From Scenedesmus sp. PABB004 (Eukaryota), in contig JABVCE010000007.1 of assembly GCA_014905635.1 (NCBI GenBank), positions 868,001-932,000 of the forward strand: a stretch of DNA of 64,000 bases, written 5' to 3'. The position numbers and the translations under genes were made by a program. Of the stretch, positions 59,351 to 64,000 are shown in pieces. The notes under the pieces are model-generated. The model had not been told where the DNA came from and did not search any database. It saw only the letters and a list, made by a program, of their open reading frames with translations. Each line of letters begins with the position of its first letter. Positions within the stretch are counted from its first letter, which is position 1.

Positions 59351-60009
59351 TGGCACGGGCGGCGGCGGGGCCGGCGGCGGCGGCGGGTCGTCGGGCGCGC
59401 CGCTGCGCTACCTGCCGGAGCGCATCATCTTTGACCCGCCCGAGTCGGACAAGACCGACGGCTACGTCGCCGACGCGTACGTCGGCGAGATCGACATCGC
59501 GGAGGCCGACCCCACTGTCGCGGCGGCCGGCGGCGTGGTGCGCCGCCGCGCGCCGCGCGCCCCACACGCGCCGCGCGCCCCGCCCGCCCGTGCCGCGCCG
59601 TCGCCCTCCCACCGCCGCCCGCGCCGCCCACCCGCGGCCCACGCGTGCACGCGCGCGCCAGGGCGGCGTGGGCATCGCGACCGCGTACAACACCGCGTTT
59701 GACTACGAGCGCCCGAGCTTCACCACCAGCATCGGCCCCGTCGCCCGCGGCACCGCGGGCGCGGTCGCGCGCGTGGTCGGGCTCGGCCGCGCCGCCGGCC
59801 TGGCGCGGCTCTCCGGCTCGAGCCTGATCAACACCAACCGCGGCCAGGGCTCCGCGACCGTGGGCACGACCAACACGCTCCTCGCCGGCGCGAGCGGCGG
59901 GCTGCTGCTCGACAACGGCGCCAACGACGACGAGGCGGTCGGCACCAACCTCCGGCCCAGGGACACCCTGTTTGGCGGGCGCGCGCGCGGCGTGGCCGCG
60001 CGCGGCTGA
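59217..60009 (+). CDS. Secreted Gly-rich protein of unknown function; 2 exons
   Basis: Signal peptide MRRAAIALLALSALLAGMLVAPAHA, poly-Gly tract, intron 59538-59661, coding-like codon use to TGA at 60009. Confidence 0.7.
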
Positions 60010-60410
60010 GTGCCGGCGCCGTGCCCAGCGTGCGCCGCGCGGCGCAGGCCTGGCAGCCGACGGCGGCGTGCATCGGGCGGGCGCGGCCGCGAGTGATCAG
60101 AGGAGTTGTGGCGCGGCGCGCTGCGTCGGCTGGAGGCAACGACGGTCCGTTGCGCGCGTCCGGTCGGGCGCGCGTCCGGTCACCCGCGCGCGCCGGGGCT
60201 CAAGCCCCGCACTGCGCCCTGGAGGTTGATGCCGCTGCCCCCCTCTCCTCTCGGCCCTAGTCCTGGCCCCCGCTCGGCCCACACCGCTGCGCGCCACCAG
60301 CACCCGCGCGCCCGCCACCTGCCGCCGAGCCTGCAGCGGCGCAGCGGCAGCACAGCGCCGCGCCGCCATGCACGCCGCTGCCGCCCGCCACCGCGCCTCG
60401 TCGCCATAGC

Positions 60411-63400
60411 ATGCTCGCTGGGGCGGCGCGGGCGGCCCTTGCGCGCGGGGGCAGCAGGGGCGTGCCCTCCATCGCGCGGCGAGCGGCGGCGCGCAGCATG
60501 CTCTCTTCGGCCCGGCACGGCCCGCTGGCGGGCGCTCTGGAGCACGGCTCTGCCGGTAGCGCCGCCGGCCGCGCCCTGGGCGCGCTGCGCTGCCCGGCGG
60601 CGCGCCGCGCCGGCAGCAGCGCGGCGCCAGCAGCAGCAGCGGCCGCGCTCGCGCCCGGGGCCGCGCCGGCGCCCGCCGCCCGCCTGGTCCGCGCCGGCGC
60701 CCTGTGCGCTCGGCCAGGCCCCGCCGCGGCGGCGGGCGGCGGCGTGCCGCTGCCACGCGTGCAGCGCCGCGGCCTCGCCGCGCGCGCTGCGGCGGCGGCG
60801 GCGGCGGGCCCCGGCGCCGCCGGCGGCGGCGTGGAGGATGAGGAGGAGATCAACGGCTTTCCCTGGTACTTCGACTCCGCCCGCGTGAGCGCGGCGTGGG
60901 CGGTGCGCGACGCGGAGGAGCGCGAGCACTGGCGCGAGCTCCTGGCGCGCCTGTCCAGGCGAGCGCGCGGCGGCCGCCGGCTGGCCGCGCCCGACAGCGG
61001 CGCTGGCCGCGCCCGAGAGCGGCGTCGGCCGCGCTCGTCACCACGCGTGCGCTCACCGCCCGGGCCGCCGCCGCCGCCGCCGCCAGGCCGACCGCGCTCG
61101 CCGCCGCCGCCAAGCTCAACCTGGACTGGCGCATGGGGCTGGACCCGGCGGTCGTGTCGGGCCGCCGGCCCGGCAGCAAGGCCAGCAAGCGGCCGAGCGG
61201 CTGGCTCTGGTTCCAGCGCGCCAAGACGCGCAACCCGCTCGCCGTCGCGCTCATCCGGGTGCGGCGGCGCGCCGGGGCCCGCCCGCACGGGCGGAGCAGT
61301 TGGGGCGGTTGGGGCGGTTGGGCCGCGCCGTCGAGCAGCGCCCCAGCCACGGCCGCCGCCCCGCGCGCGCGCGCAGGTGGGCGCCTTTTACGAGGCCGCC
61401 GGCGCGGACGCGGCGGTGCTCATGGAGTTTTGCGGCCTCAACCCCATGGGCGGCAGCGCCTCCGACGTGCCCCGCGCAGGCTGCCCCGAGGCCAACATCC
61501 ACCAGACACTGTGCGCACTCGTTGAGGACGCGGGGCTCAGCGTGGTGCGCGCGCGCTGCCGCCGTGCGACGGCCAGCCGCGCCGGCCCGCCGCGCCGCGC
61601 CTGAGGGGACGCCCGCGCGCCGCGCGCCACGCGCTGCCGCCGCGGCAGGCGGTGTGGGAGGAGCTGCCCGCCGAGAGCGCGTGGGGCAGCCGGAGCAAGG
61701 ACCAGAAGAGCCGGCGCTTTGCGCAGCTGGTCACGCCCGAGAACCCACTGTACCTCTATGACTACGCCGAGAGCAGCCAGGACCGCCACGTCAGCGCGCC
61801 AACGCTCGCGGGTGCGGGGGCGCCGCGCGCGCCACGTGAGCGAGGGGGGGGGGGGCGCCGGCGCGGGGGCGCCCACACAGCGCGGCGCTCGCGCGTGTCG
61901 CGCCGCGCCGTGCGCAGGCGTGTCGTGGAGCAGCAGCGGCCTGAGCGTGTTCCGGCTCAACCGCAACGCCAACGTGGTGGACGTCTTCCACGGCCTCAGC
62001 GAGGACGGCTGCTGGGGCGTGCTCGCCGCCGACTCCTCCGCGCCGCCCGTCGTGTTCCTGCACCGCACCCTCGACGCGCCGCGGGTGCGCCACCACGGGC
62101 TGCTGCTCTTCGCCGCGCCGCGCGCGCTGCGGCCGCCCATGCGCCGCAGCGACCGCAGCCGCGCCCGACCACCCTTCCGCCGCCGCCGCCCCTCAGCACG
62201 CCGTGCGCAGCCACGCGAGCGACGCGGCCGCCGAGCTGGCGGAGCTGCGGCGTCGGCTGGTGGACGGCGGCATGCGCGTCTCCTGGTACAGCCACGCCGA
62301 CCCGCTCGCCGGCTTCAAGCAGCGCGTGGCGCAGGCCCTCAACCTCGGCGCCCGCGAGCCGCCGCACCGCCCCGCGTGGGACGCGGTCGCGTGGCCGGGC
62401 CTGCGCCCGCTGTACCTGTCAACCCTCATGCAGCTGGGGCTGCTGCCCTCGCGCGGCATCCCGCGCCTCGTGGTGCGCGGCGCGCGGGCCTGGCCCCGCG
62501 GCGGCTCCCGTCCGCTGCGCCGCGCGCCGCCGGCGCGGCCGCGCCCGTCGCACGCCCAGCCGCCCGTGTCCTTTGCTCATGCGCGCAGGACTACCTGCTG
62601 CCGGACGAGAGCACCAAGGTGGTGCGCGACCAGCTCGCGGAGCTGCTCATGTCGCCGCCGCCGTACGAGGTGGCCGCCGCGACGCGCGACACCGTGCGCG
62701 CGCTGCGTGAGTGCCGCGCGGCGCGGCCGCGGGGCTGCGGCCCGGCCTGCGCGCGCGCCGCGCGGCCGCCGCGCCGCTTCACACCGCGCCGCCCCGTGGG
62801 CGCCCTGGCAGTGAGCCTGGCCACGCCGCTCCCTGACTACGTGGCGGGCGGCGCGGTGACGCCCAAGAAGGTCATGCTGGTGCTGGAGGCGGGCGAGGCC
62901 AACGAGCGCTTCTTCCAGGCGCTCACGGGTGCGCGGCGGCGGGCGGCACGCGGCCGCGCTACCCGCGCTCGCCGCGCTGAGGGCAGGGGCTTGCCTCGAC
63001 GGCCGCGGCCGCGCTGACCGCGACCTGCCGCCCCTGCCGCCCCGCAGCCGCGCTGCAGCCCGTGGTGAGCAGCCTGGCCGACGACCGCCCCGCCGGCCTG
63101 GCGGCGTGCGTGGACGCCGTGTGGCCGCTGCTCTGCCACACCATGTCGGCCGAGCCCGGCGAGCTCACCCAGGCGGACGTGCTGGCGGCGGCGCGCGCCG
63201 CGCTGGCGGAGATCGCCGCCAAGGTGGCGCCGCCGCGCGACGCCGCGCCGGGCCTGGACAGCGGCAGCAGCGACGACGACGACGACGGCGGCAGCGCGGC
63301 CAGCGGCGCCAGCGGCAGCGCGGCGGGGGGCATCCCGCCGCATGAGGCGCTGCTCGAGGCGTTTGCGGCCAAGCAGGAGCGCTTCCGCGCCCGCGTCACC

Positions 63401-64000
63401 AGCGAAGCCGTCAAAGCCCAGGCTGACCAGGCGAGCCCCCTCTCGGCCAGCCCGAGTGCGGCCCTCGGCCCAGGCCGCGCTGCCGCTGCTGCCGCCGCGC
63501 GTGCTGCCGCGCCCTGACCCGCCGCCCGCCGCGCGCAGGTGGACCTGGCGTACGAGCAGCTGTTTGTGGTGCTCGACGGCCTGCTGCACACCACCACCCA
63601 GCTCGCGGCGCAGCAGGGCGCGGCGGGCGCCGTCCGGCCGGGCGAGTGGGCCAAGCTGCTGCACGCAGACGAGGTCAACGGCGCGGTGTGGCTCAAGCTG
63701 ACCCCGGCGCTGCGGTCGGCGGCGAGCAGGCCCCTGCAGCTGCTGGTCAGCACCGGGCAGCCCACAGGCCTGGCCGGCGGCGCCTACCAGCCAGCCGCGG
63801 GGGTGCGGGAGCAGCAGCTCTCGCAGCCGTACGACCGCAACGGCACGACGCACAAGCGCTCCGACCTGCGCACCTGCGACGAGCTGGAGCGCGTGCTCGC
63901 GGCATACCGGGGTGCGTGGCCGGCCTGGGCGCGGCGCCGCGGCCGCTGCACCCGGCTGCGGCGGCGACCGCAGCGCGGTCGCTCGGCAGCGCGCGCTGTC
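60411..64000 (+). CDS. MSH1: Organellar MutS homolog MSH1; 3' part beyond the window
   Basis: Transit peptide; LIRVGAFYEAAGADAAVLMEFCGLNPMGG...VPRAGCP..NIHQTL..L...GLSVAVWEE (domain I with FxE); RPLYLSTLMQLGLLP; ELLMSPPPYEVA. Confidence 0.88.

Overview
Nuclear DNA of an extremely GC-rich (by eye about 75-80%) chlorophyte green alga. Support: dense genes with many ~100-350 nt introns, TGTAA poly(A) signals, TTTAGGG-type repeats, plastid transit peptides, MSH1 and IFT22. A Sphaeropleales-like alga is an inference. Most of the ORF track is GC-driven noise; the real genes are spliced. I can support about 24 protein-coding loci: EF-hand mitochondrial carrier, DUF2358-like, SUN-domain, RING-H2, PfkB kinase, PIG-T, hexose/H+ symporter, R3H protein, thiamine pyrophosphokinase, RING/RanBP2-ZnF protein, a damaged ELIP/LHC-like gene, proteasome beta-4, a conserved plastid protein, ULK4/RUNKEL, BAR-like, PPCS, PABP, cytochrome P450 reductase, RPS2, IFT22, cystinosin, 4'-PPTase, a secreted Gly-rich protein and MSH1. 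Most notable: (1) a ~720/750-bp inverted repeat around IFT22 that duplicates its last exon and the cystinosin promoter and start, so flipping the 1.3-kb spacer would rebuild an intact gene; (2) a ~550-nt intergenic block of dense hairpins that looks like an unannotated structured RNA or a non-autonomous element; (3) very frequent GC-AG introns (about 30-50% in the genes counted); (4) telomere repeats inside introns and A-tracts upstream of the PABP start. Exon boundaries were read by eye, no searches were run, and family calls rest on recalled motifs.
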